This document shows, piece by piece, positions 27,624 through 36,747 of a stretch of DNA of 64,000 nucleotides (within the stretch, counting starts at the first letter, position 1; the number at the start of each line of letters is the position of its first letter). The DNA is from a virus, in IMG/VR virus record IMGVR_UViG_3300008111_000005, positions 1-64,000 of that record. One strand, given 5' to 3'. Made by a program: the position numbers and the translations under genes. Below the pieces are notes generated by a model that searched no databases, was not told where the DNA came from, and was given only the letters and a program-made list of their open reading frames with translations.

Positions 27624-28390
27624 AATGTACCCTCAAAGGCTTTTACATCTGCTGGTGTACCAAGAGGTACAACATCAGTAACGGTATGTACATATACTGG
27701 AATCCCTATACTCACATTATACGAGGCCACCATACTCATATAATACTCTGCGTTTCCATTAAACTCAACTGGTTTGTTAAATTCCATAATAAACTTTGCA
27801 TAGTTTGTAAAGAATTGTGTTTGACCAAAGTAGAATATACCAATCATCGTAGGATGGTGAACCCACGAATCATTCTTCTCACGAATACCCACAGCCTTTC
27901 CATCTTCAATTATAACGTTCGACCATTTATTGGGTAGTGATTTGTCTGGATTATCAAAGCATGCTACTGCGACTGCATTACTCTTAAATTTAATACCACG
28001 AATAAAATCATCAACACCATTATGATTATATTTGTTATCGGAATCAAGAACCAATAAGTCATCAGTTTTGTGCCACATACGAGATGCTGCTTGTCTTGCG
28101 GTGTCTAAACTTCCCGAAGTAATTTCTTTAAACGGAATGATTTCTATGTTACGACCGTAAATGGAATATAAAAATTTATCCAATCCAGCATCCAAATGTT
28201 CTTGCAAAACTGCAAAATATAAATGAATGTTACTCGACTGTCCCTTTCCATCGTGACGAATATATGGACATGATTCCGTTGTCCATTGTAAGATTGTCTT
28301 ACCATTTATTTGAATTAATGGTTTGGGGTCTTTGTATCCTTCGTTTACAAAACGTTGACCCCTACCAGCCATTAACACTAAGACGTTCAT
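27620..28390 (-). CDS. Sugar-phosphate nucleotidyltransferase-like protein (B)
   Basis: LMAGRGQRF, PKPLI, DSD, REK, EYYMS, LGTPAD. Confidence 0.85.
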   Translation of the reverse strand: MNVLVLMAGRGQRFVNEGYKDPKPLIQINGKTILQWTTESCPYIRHDGKGQSSNIHLYFAVLQEHLDAGLDKFLYSIYGRNIEIIPFKEITSGSLDTARQAASRMWHKTDDLLVLDSDNKYNHNGVDDFIRGIKFKSNAVAVACFDNPDKSLPNKWSNVIIEDGKAVGIREKNDSWVHHPTMIGIFYFGQTQFFTNYAKFIMEFNKPVEFNGNAEYYMSMVASYNVSIGIPVYVHTVTDVVPLGTPADVKAFEGTL

Positions 28391-29373
28391 AATTCCAATG
28401 CCTCGTTTAATAATCTTATACCTGTGAGGTACATTGCTCGTTGTCTTTCCAGACTATCATAATGACGAGCACACATCCCAATAAAGATGCAGCCTTGGAT
28501 AATTTTTATTTCCTTCTTATTAAACATTGGAAAGAAAATATATTCAAACTCATTCAATGCCCAATCAAGTTCACCGTCATTCTTAATGTCCAATTGATAC
28601 GCATTGCCATTTGCTGTAACCTTAAACTTATCAGTAATAAATGCTTCATACGTTCCATCCAATGAATGATATAGTTTAGCTATATCGTATCGAATATCAC
28701 CGTAATTTCCAAGTTTACCAAATGAACCACGAGGATCTATGAAACGAATAATATTTTTATCTTCACCATATAAAATATTACTAAAACAACAATCACCGTG
28801 TATAAGTGATGGAGTAAAAGTTAACATATTTTGTTCGATGTAATTCTTAATCTGTGGCCAGACTACTTCGAACATGGAGTATTGTTTATTGTTAATGTAT
28901 ACTGAATGTGCACGAACTTGGTCAATAAACAACGAATCAAACTTATCGTGCCACCCAGAATAAAAATTACGGTACTCACGTTCTGTTTTTGTGATGTACA
29001 TATCGTACGCTGCATTACGAATTTCTTCGTCAGTCCACTTAACTCGTGGACTGATGTTAGACCACGACACAAGAATGTTTCGTAAATTAAGGAAAAATTC
29101 AGACCACGACGGCATAATTTTGTCACCAAACAAATAATTACCAACGTTTGGATAACTATACAATTCCAAATCCATCCAAAAGTCTGCTATTAACGGTTCT
29201 ACGTGATCGAGTAATCTTGGAAAAAATACTGCTTGTGATGGATGATACTTTTGTAATTTTACATAATATAATATCTCATCACGGAGTCGTTCGGTGGAAC
29301 TTAATTTCCGAACAACTCCTCGCGTTTCATCTACTTCAAATCTATTGTATGCTCGTGTGACTAATTTTTCCAT
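28387..29373 (-). CDS. Aminoglycoside/choline-kinase-fold sugar kinase
   Basis: HGDCCFSNIL, FIDPRG, GDIRYDIAKL. Confidence 0.8.
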   Translation of the reverse strand: MEKLVTRAYNRFEVDETRGVVRKLSSTERLRDEILYYVKLQKYHPSQAVFFPRLLDHVEPLIADFWMDLELYSYPNVGNYLFGDKIMPSWSEFFLNLRNILVSWSNISPRVKWTDEEIRNAAYDMYITKTEREYRNFYSGWHDKFDSLFIDQVRAHSVYINNKQYSMFEVVWPQIKNYIEQNMLTFTPSLIHGDCCFSNILYGEDKNIIRFIDPRGSFGKLGNYGDIRYDIAKLYHSLDGTYEAFITDKFKVTANGNAYQLDIKNDGELDWALNEFEYIFFPMFNKKEIKIIQGCIFIGMCARHYDSLERQRAMYLTGIRLLNEALEL

Positions 29374-29376
29374 AAA

Positions 29377-30012
29377 TCATCCCACTTGGAATGGTGGTTC
29401 CCATCCTGTTTCGTTACAATATTCAATGACTTCATCAATAGAAATCGTATTCAATGCCCATCGTTCTGCGTAGGGAATGAGGTCTGGGACTCGTGCCATA
29501 CTACCATCATCATTCATAATCTCACAGATGATTGCAACTGGTTTCGTTCCAGCCATCATAGCAAGTTGAACAGATGCTTCGGTATGACCCTGCCGTTCCT
29601 TCAACAAACCAGGACGGGGACGGAGTGGAAACAAGTGACCTGGGTATGCAAGTTGTTCTGGTTTGGTATTTTCATCTAGTACCAATCCAATCGTGACCAT
29701 ACGATCTTCTACACTTACACCAGTAGTGACACCATCACGTGCGTCAATACTGACGGTGAATGGAGTCGAAAACTTATCGTTATTGTTAGATGGACTCATA
29801 GGAATTTCTAAACGATCTAACATAAACTTTGGTGTAGGAATACACATGATACCTCGTGCTTCCTTTGCGATAAAAGCCAGTGTTTCTGGTGTTGCTTTTT
29901 CCGCTGCAATCATCAAGTCACCTTCATTTTCTCTATCGTAACTATCTACGACGATGATTGGTTTTCCGTTGCGGATATCTTCTAATACTGTTTTAATTTT
30001 TTCTGATAACAT
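29377..30012 (-). CDS. ribB: 3,4-dihydroxy-2-butanone-4-phosphate synthase
   Basis: DRENEGD, FTVSID, TTGVS..DR, PGHLFPL, RQGHTE, ICEI; no fused GTP cyclohydrolase. Confidence 0.95.
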   Translation of the reverse strand: MLSEKIKTVLEDIRNGKPIIVVDSYDRENEGDLMIAAEKATPETLAFIAKEARGIMCIPTPKFMLDRLEIPMSPSNNNDKFSTPFTVSIDARDGVTTGVSVEDRMVTIGLVLDENTKPEQLAYPGHLFPLRPRPGLLKERQGHTEASVQLAMMAGTKPVAIICEIMNDDGSMARVPDLIPYAERWALNTISIDEVIEYCNETGWEPPFQVG

Positions 30013-30024
30013 TTACCTTTCCCC

Positions 30025-30894
30025 TTATACGATTTTACAAATGTCGAAGTCTAATGAATTTATGTCTAACCACGGATACCAATCAATCTCTTCTTCGGTT
30101 GGCCCGTTTACGAAGTTTTCAAACGTGTTTGGTGACTGTCCTCTCCACTTTCTATCATTCCAAGTCAGCTTCTCAAACTTTTGTGTTTTTGCTCCGCACT
30201 GCGGAACTACATGCTTACTTGCTCGTGTCCAGTATTTATCCAACCCTACATCATTCCACCTAAGATATGGGAATCCATCTCCATATTCAGCGTGTCCAGT
30301 TTTACAAATCGGACTAACTATTTGACCCTCTACGTTTATTTGTTCGGGCCAATTATGCCATGCGTGATAATCAACCAACGATGCTCTGTTGTGTCCTAAA
30401 TCTCTACGTAATGCTCGTGTACTGAAATCCAGTTCGTGGTTTCCGTTTGTAGCGTATCGTTCATCCCACCATCCGAAAAATCGTAATCCTTCCAATGTCA
30501 TTAAGGTAACTTGGTCACCTTGTGGGGCCATATATAAATCATAATCGGTTTGCTTGATAATGTCAACCCACCCATCCTTAATAATCATATTGTCGTGAGC
30601 AGTTATACAATATTTTTTACCGGAAAGAAAAGTGTGAACATATGCTTGATTGTAGTTTTCAACCATAGGACCGATTGCGTAATCGTGTCTCATCACATTA
30701 TTCCAAATCTTAACACGAGATTTAATATCATCTGCGAAGTCATCAATGGTGACTGATGAATGATTGGTAATGATGTTGACTCGTTCAAAGTCAAAGGTAT
30801 TTAACCACTCACGTGCAAATCCATCCATCAACTCCTTTCTTCGCCAGTTGGAAATCCAAAGTTCAACGTTATCTGGTGTAAAATCTGTTCTCAT
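30025..30894 (-). CDS. Putative GT-A glycosyltransferase
   Basis: AHDN, GWWDERY, HELDF. Confidence 0.55.
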   Translation of the reverse strand: MRTDFTPDNVELWISNWRRKELMDGFAREWLNTFDFERVNIITNHSSVTIDDFADDIKSRVKIWNNVMRHDYAIGPMVENYNQAYVHTFLSGKKYCITAHDNMIIKDGWVDIIKQTDYDLYMAPQGDQVTLMTLEGLRFFGWWDERYATNGNHELDFSTRALRRDLGHNRASLVDYHAWHNWPEQINVEGQIVSPICKTGHAEYGDGFPYLRWNDVGLDKYWTRASKHVVPQCGAKTQKFEKLTWNDRKWRGQSPNTFENFVNGPTEEEIDWYPWLDINSLDFDICKIV

Positions 30895-30895
30895 C

Positions 30896-31678
30896 CTATC
30901 CTCGCGTCAATTCTAAATGATTTATTACTGTATTGTATGGTAGTCCCATATGTTTTACGTAAAAAAATAATAATGTATGTGGATTCAAAAACCTATCTAC
31001 ACCTGGTATCTCTACGTTATTCCCTGCCGAACGTGTTGGTTTTTCTAGTTCTAGTACAGATTCCATCTCTTCTATATGATTATACAAGTTATTGTATACT
31101 TTCATATTATCAAAATTACCCACCGCATAGTAATCGTGTGGTTCTGAGTAGTGTTCCTTTGTTGAGTTATACCACGGCCAATTAATACATTCCAAATCTA
31201 TATCGTCTAAATTAAAACTGTCTTTTAATTTAATATCTGGTCTACATTTTATTACCAAGTCATAATCTGTACTGTGTGACTCTAATAACTCAAAACATTT
31301 TAATGCTTTGTACCACATAGAGTATAGATGCGTTACTCGTCGAGTTGTCCAATCTATACTGTTTTGTGATACACCTGCCTCGTTTCGTAGTTTTCTAACT
31401 CTCTTACTTTTATCTAAAAATTCTTGTAAAGGTTCTTCGTAAGGTTGTATTACTACATCGGTAAGATTATATTTTTGTTTTAACTCTGTTTCTGTATGTA
31501 TTAATTTGTCTCGGTTCTCTACAACATGTACATCATCTGATTTTTTACGATTTCCCATCACATCCCACGTATGTAAAAATACATCACAGTCGTGTTTTGA
31601 GAATAATAATTTATCCCAAGAATCGTAATTATAATCAAAATTTCTATAATGTCCAGATAAACATACTCCTATCTTCAT
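30896..31678 (-). CDS. Putative glycosyltransferase-like protein
   Basis: CLSGHYR, DVFLHTW, SMWY, YDLVIKCRPD; paralogue of next gene. Confidence 0.6.
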   Translation of the reverse strand: MKIGVCLSGHYRNFDYNYDSWDKLLFSKHDCDVFLHTWDVMGNRKKSDDVHVVENRDKLIHTETELKQKYNLTDVVIQPYEEPLQEFLDKSKRVRKLRNEAGVSQNSIDWTTRRVTHLYSMWYKALKCFELLESHSTDYDLVIKCRPDIKLKDSFNLDDIDLECINWPWYNSTKEHYSEPHDYYAVGNFDNMKVYNNLYNHIEEMESVLELEKPTRSAGNNVEIPGVDRFLNPHTLLFFYVKHMGLPYNTVINHLELTRG

Positions 31679-32445
31679 GCGTACTGCTTTTCCAATTCTT
31701 CTATATTGTTGATATTTACTACACGATGCATGATTTCGTAGTTGAACGGAGCACAGTATGCTTCAATTCCACCCATTACTCGTACACGATATCCGATATA
31801 GTTTTCACCATATGGAATCTGAATCTGTGAATGAATAAAGGAAAAGTGTGGATAGGTATCACAGAACACATCCATATTCTTTGATGTGGAGAATGCGAAT
31901 ATATCCGTCATCGTATATCCACCTTGATGAAAGTTTGGGTCATTACGAATCCCCTGAAACTTATCCGCGGTGACGATATGTGTTCGTGATTGTTCCAAAT
32001 AATCCATTACATTGATAGGATTCTCGTACCACAAATCATATCTTGCACGAATCACCAAATCATATTCAAATCCATTTAACAGTTCGTATCGCTTCTTCAA
32101 CATATTCGCTGTATAGATTGAATAGAAGATACTAGCCATACGTTCTTGATTTGCTTCTGGTGGTGATGTGAACCTACGTGCGAATGGAAATTCCTTCTGT
32201 GGTTCAAAGATATAATCTTTTGGATTAAGACTGAGTAACATCTCTTCCGTTTGTGGATGAACCAATCCTACTCTACCTTGTTGATGTGCTTGCGCACTAT
32301 CGTATGGTTGACCAATAGTATTTGGGTCAAACCATGCGTGTAAGAAGATATCCATATCTTCTATACCAACGAGGTTTGCCTTTAACATTTTTAATGACAA
32401 AGGCAATCCACGAGGTTGACCAGATAAACAAAGTGCTATTTTCAT
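31675..32445 (-). CDS. Putative glycosyltransferase-like protein
   Basis: CLSGQPR, DIFLHAW, SIFYS, YDLVIRARYD. Confidence 0.6.
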   Translation of the reverse strand: MKIALCLSGQPRGLPLSLKMLKANLVGIEDMDIFLHAWFDPNTIGQPYDSAQAHQQGRVGLVHPQTEEMLLSLNPKDYIFEPQKEFPFARRFTSPPEANQERMASIFYSIYTANMLKKRYELLNGFEYDLVIRARYDLWYENPINVMDYLEQSRTHIVTADKFQGIRNDPNFHQGGYTMTDIFAFSTSKNMDVFCDTYPHFSFIHSQIQIPYGENYIGYRVRVMGGIEAYCAPFNYEIMHRVVNINNIEELEKQYA

Positions 32446-32446
32446 A

Positions 32447-33046
32447 TTAATTAAAGAACTGTATTATAATCATCACATCATCTGCGAGTCCGTTCGGACG
32501 CATGTGTTGATCTAGTATGGTTACTGCATAGTTACGGTCGGGTATCATATATACACCACGAGTTAAATAATCAAATAGATTTGGTAAGTACATATCCTCA
32601 CAGATATAATATCCACCTGGTTTTACAAGTGCGTGGTATTTTAATATTGCTTTGACTTGGTTATCAATATCATGTGCACCATCTTCAATAAACACATCTT
32701 GCTTCGGTAAGTTCTGTACTAGATAGTTACCATTATCTTCATTGTATGCGTCACCAAATATCATATTAACATTAGGTAACGTTGAAAGATAATCCTTTCG
32801 TACAGGTTCTACAATATCAAGTCCGGTAATTATACCCTTTGTAAAATATTGCGACCACATCAACAGACTTGCACCAGATGCAATACCCAATTCCATCAAT
32901 TGAACAGGTTCGTCTTTCCATGCAGAGAATAATGCATCGTACGTATCAATATAAAAATGCTTATGTAACGGATGCCTATCTCCTTTGTCAGACAAACCAA
33001 TATCAGGAATATCTTCCATTTGGTAGTAAAATTCTTTTAGTCTCAT
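32447..33046 (-). CDS. Class I SAM-dependent (sugar O-)methyltransferase
   Basis: DKG..H, MELGIASGAS, IEDGAH, KPGGYYICED. Confidence 0.85.
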   Translation of the reverse strand: MRLKEFYYQMEDIPDIGLSDKGDRHPLHKHFYIDTYDALFSAWKDEPVQLMELGIASGASLLMWSQYFTKGIITGLDIVEPVRKDYLSTLPNVNMIFGDAYNEDNGNYLVQNLPKQDVFIEDGAHDIDNQVKAILKYHALVKPGGYYICEDMYLPNLFDYLTRGVYMIPDRNYAVTILDQHMRPNGLADDVMIIIQFFN

Positions 33047-33879
33047 ATCCAAAACCATTCACTTGGTAGAAGGTCTATAATACTGTTATGACGAAGGTTT
33101 GGTCCGAACCACTGTGACGGTGCGGTTACAATCTTCTTGGGGTTTGGATTTAACCATGCTCCCCACCAACTAAACGAACTATTTGCAATGATGTGATGGT
33201 CACACATACTCATCATACACATTTCTACATATGAGTTATTGATATCTACAATATATCCACCTTCGAACATTTCCTTACACCATTCTGGATCATCGGAGAA
33301 TACTACAAACCGATAAGGTTCTTTCGAGAAGAACTTGTTGATAGCCTCCGCATAGTATTCCATTCCAGTGACCGTATGGTTTGCAGAGTTTGCCACATAA
33401 TCTCCACGACGAACGTGGATAGATACTCGTGGTGCATCATCCTTTACCTTTGCCAGTTCTAATTCAGCTTGCTGTCGAATTTCTGGACGAAAGGTAAATA
33501 CTTCACGGACTTTTTGTTCTGCATGTTTGAAATATTTTTCACTTTGAAAGAACCCAGCAATATCAATATTATCTGGGATATCTAATGCTGCACCATTAAA
33601 ATGAAAGAATTGTTCTTGATATCGTTGCTTGACAACATCTGAAATTTCTGCCATTGGTGCAAAGTAACTGTCGGGAATAAGAAATGGTCTACGAAGTTCC
33701 ATACCAGTTGGTTCTGCTTGCTGCTTTGCCAAATCATAAAATACGAAGTTATCACCAGTATTTTCTATTGGAATTTTTACATCATATCCGTTCTTTTCTG
33801 CGATACCAATGAGTGCAGCCATTTGAAACATTTGGTTACCAAATCTCCCAGAGTTTCCTATACCGACATGCGTAATCAT
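33043..33879 (-). CDS. Glycosyltransferase family 11 (alpha-1,2-fucosyltransferase-like)
   Basis: GRFGNQMFQ, GFFQSEKYF, HVRRGDY, NSSFSWWGAWL. Confidence 0.93.
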   Translation of the reverse strand: MITHVGIGNSGRFGNQMFQMAALIGIAEKNGYDVKIPIENTGDNFVFYDLAKQQAEPTGMELRRPFLIPDSYFAPMAEISDVVKQRYQEQFFHFNGAALDIPDNIDIAGFFQSEKYFKHAEQKVREVFTFRPEIRQQAELELAKVKDDAPRVSIHVRRGDYVANSANHTVTGMEYYAEAINKFFSKEPYRFVVFSDDPEWCKEMFEGGYIVDINNSYVEMCMMSMCDHHIIANSSFSWWGAWLNPNPKKIVTAPSQWFGPNLRHNSIIDLLPSEWFWI

Positions 33880-34895
33880 ATAGAGGTAACCTGTTCGTTA
33901 ATCCAGTGATATGTTTTGGTAATGCCGTCAACCAATGGAGAATTTGGCTCCCAATTGAGGTGTTGACGAATTAACCGATTGTCAGAGGAACGTCCACGAA
34001 CCCCTAACGGACCTGGAATATGATTAATAGTTAACTTCTTACCAGCGATTCCCATAATCATATAAGCAAAATCGTTAATTGAAATCATTTCTTCCGAACC
34101 GATATTAACAGGACCAGTAAAATCTGAATGGGTTAACCGTAAGATGCCTTCGACACATTCATCTACATAAAGGAATGAACGGGTTTGCTTTCCGTCACCA
34201 AACATATCAATTGAACCACCTTCTGGTGTCTGCGCAATCTTTCTGCACATCGCAGCGGGTGCCTTTTCACGCCCACCTTCCCATGTCCCTTCTACACCAT
34301 ATACATTATGGAAACGAGCAATGCGTGGTTCTATGCCGAAGTTACGCTTGTACGACATATACAATCGTTCACTGAATAATTTTTCCCACCCATATTCACT
34401 ATCTGGGTTTGCTGGATATGCTGAACTTTCTTCACAGTTTGGATTATCTGGGTCTAACTGGTTATGCTCTGGATAGATACACGCCGATGACGAATAGAAT
34501 ACTCGTTTTAATCCCAACGTCACCATTGCTTTCAATGTATTTAAATTGATTAACGCCGAGTTGGTCATTACATTTGCGTCATGCTCACCAGTAAAGATGT
34601 ATGATGCTCCACCCATATCAGCAGCTAATTGATATACTTCGACATCGGTACGGCCCAAACTTAATGCGTTCAAGCATGTTTGATAATCCGATAAATCTCC
34701 GTGTACAACATCGTCTGCAAATGTGTTTACATCACAATGTTCTGGAAGTTTAATATCTGCCACACGAACCCAGTAACCTTCTTTCTGTAATCGTCGTGCG
34801 AGGTGGTGGCCTATAAAACCACAACCACCGAGTACCACAGCGACTTTATCCGCTGTGCTCAGTGGTTTTTTACTAACGTTACCTTCTTCTGTCAT
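33876..34895 (-). CDS. GDP-mannose 3,5-epimerase-like SDR
   Basis: LAADMGG, SSACIYP, DSEYGWEKL, GGREKAPAAMCRK. Confidence 0.88.
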   Translation of the reverse strand: MTEEGNVSKKPLSTADKVAVVLGGCGFIGHHLARRLQKEGYWVRVADIKLPEHCDVNTFADDVVHGDLSDYQTCLNALSLGRTDVEVYQLAADMGGASYIFTGEHDANVMTNSALINLNTLKAMVTLGLKRVFYSSSACIYPEHNQLDPDNPNCEESSAYPANPDSEYGWEKLFSERLYMSYKRNFGIEPRIARFHNVYGVEGTWEGGREKAPAAMCRKIAQTPEGGSIDMFGDGKQTRSFLYVDECVEGILRLTHSDFTGPVNIGSEEMISINDFAYMIMGIAGKKLTINHIPGPLGVRGRSSDNRLIRQHLNWEPNSPLVDGITKTYHWINEQVTSI

Positions 34896-35055
34896 GTAAC
34901 CCTTCCTATTGTATTAGTTTTATTCTTTTGCTACTGCTACGTGCTTACCAGTACAGATGTAGTACCAAACAGTCCACCATTCTTTTTCTGGTATATATCT
35001 TTTTAAGTTTATTCTATCTTGTTTTGATTCCGTTAATGGGTGTTCTGTTATAACA

Positions 35056-35439
35056 TTATTCCCCATACATATTCTCCGTTACTTTTTCTTCTGTCTTTAA
35101 CACAGTTTTCTTAATGAATACTTCACGTAACGTAGATATCTTCGTTAATAAATAGGTTCGATAGGGTCTGTCACCAACGAAATTTGAGTTTTTGAAACGG
35201 TCGTAAATTACCTGAGTATCAGTTTCATCACCAATCAATTTAAATATTTGACCAAGTTTTTCTGGTGTTAGAGAACCCAGTGACAAAGCGTGCATTTTAC
35301 CTTCCCAATTGGGATTGAGTACGAGTGCATATTTCTGCTCATTATCGTAGGTAAACTGCACCACTTTGCCAGTAGTCAAATCTTTTTGAGAAACGAAAGT
35401 ACGAACACCTAATGTACCTTTATACCCTTCTATTGCCAT
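35056..35439 (-). CDS. Hypothetical protein
   Basis: Coupled ORF; YRTY motif. Confidence 0.55.
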   Translation of the reverse strand: MAIEGYKGTLGVRTFVSQKDLTTGKVVQFTYDNEQKYALVLNPNWEGKMHALSLGSLTPEKLGQIFKLIGDETDTQVIYDRFKNSNFVGDRPYRTYLLTKISTLREVFIKKTVLKTEEKVTENMYGE

Positions 35440-36746
35440 TAGTTAATCTTCTTTAATGTTGGAAGAACCAATTTAGTTTCAACGGAAAATTGTGGAACAT
35501 ATTTGTCTAACAACTCAACTGTTCTGTTAAAAATAGTTTGATACGAGAACTTCTTAACATTTTGTTTTGCTAACAACTGTGCCTTCTTTTTAAAATTACT
35601 GTAATTCTTAAATACGGCGTACATTGCGTTTGCTGATTGGTTCATATCAGGAGCGAACCACGTAGACTCCCGAATCAATACACCGTCCCACACAGAACTT
35701 TCGTGGATAGGTTTGAGTTCACCACCAATTAGTAATGAATTGTCTTTATCCAAGAAATCAAGTTGACCACTCCATCCAGATGCGATTACGGGTTTGCCAC
35801 TAATTGATGCTTCAAGTAATGGTCTACCAAACCCTTCACCCTTGGTTAAACTTACGTGTGCTTTTACCTTTGAGTGGTTATATAAAGAATTCATTTCTTT
35901 GTCTGTTAACTCACCATGCAATAAATAAATATTCGGCATGCTCTGTCCAACGTTCAAAGTAACAGATTTCTTGATTTGTTCTATTTTCTTTAATATATCT
36001 TCTCTGTCCAAGATAGAAAATCCAGCACTACTAGTTTTTAAAATAAGCGCAGGCTTTTCTTTTTCTGGAATTTGTCGGAATGTTTCAAGGAATATTTTCA
36101 CCAACAGTGCAACATTCTTACGGTCCTCTCCAAATTCACCACGGAGCCAGTGACCAACGAAAAGATAACAGAACTTCTCTGGGATGCTATCCAATGTTTC
36201 TCGTATTTTTGGCTCTAAATTAAAATCATATTCGATTTTTTTAAATATGTTATTGTCAATACAATTGTGTAATACTTCAATTGGTTTGGTGACTGCTAGT
36301 TCACCAATGATATTACCTTGTTGATTTTGCTGTGAGTACTTTGAGAAATGAAAAACATTCTTTGAGTGTTCGGAAATAGTCAGTACTAAATCCATTTTAT
36401 TACATGCTTGTATCCATTCAGCAGAAGCCACGGTGGTTTCAATGCCGGCGGTTATACCGATATTGTACTTTCCTAACGGTTCAAATTCTGTTGGGATGGT
36501 AATTGTAACATACAATGATGGTTGTGGTAATTGTCCACCACGAATGATTCTATCCAAAATCATTTTGTCCTTTGGATTAGTTTCATCCAGTGCATTCATA
36601 GGAGTATCACCCCACGGTACACTGTGCACCTTCACATCAAACTTATCCCATTCAATGATGTGACGGATAATGTCTCTACTCATATCACCATAACCAGAAC
36701 GAGTCTGGCATGGTGCTCTAACTATACATAACGGTTTGCCTGTCAT
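35439..36746 (-). CDS. Glycosyltransferase family 4 (GT-B)
   Basis: TRSGYG, RKN, KGEGFGRPLLEA, SGWSGQLDF. Confidence 0.85.
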   Translation of the reverse strand: MTGKPLCIVRAPCQTRSGYGDMSRDIIRHIIEWDKFDVKVHSVPWGDTPMNALDETNPKDKMILDRIIRGGQLPQPSLYVTITIPTEFEPLGKYNIGITAGIETTVASAEWIQACNKMDLVLTISEHSKNVFHFSKYSQQNQQGNIIGELAVTKPIEVLHNCIDNNIFKKIEYDFNLEPKIRETLDSIPEKFCYLFVGHWLRGEFGEDRKNVALLVKIFLETFRQIPEKEKPALILKTSSAGFSILDREDILKKIEQIKKSVTLNVGQSMPNIYLLHGELTDKEMNSLYNHSKVKAHVSLTKGEGFGRPLLEASISGKPVIASGWSGQLDFLDKDNSLLIGGELKPIHESSVWDGVLIRESTWFAPDMNQSANAMYAVFKNYSNFKKKAQLLAKQNVKKFSYQTIFNRTVELLDKYVPQFSVETKLVLPTLKKIN

Positions 36747-36747
36747 A

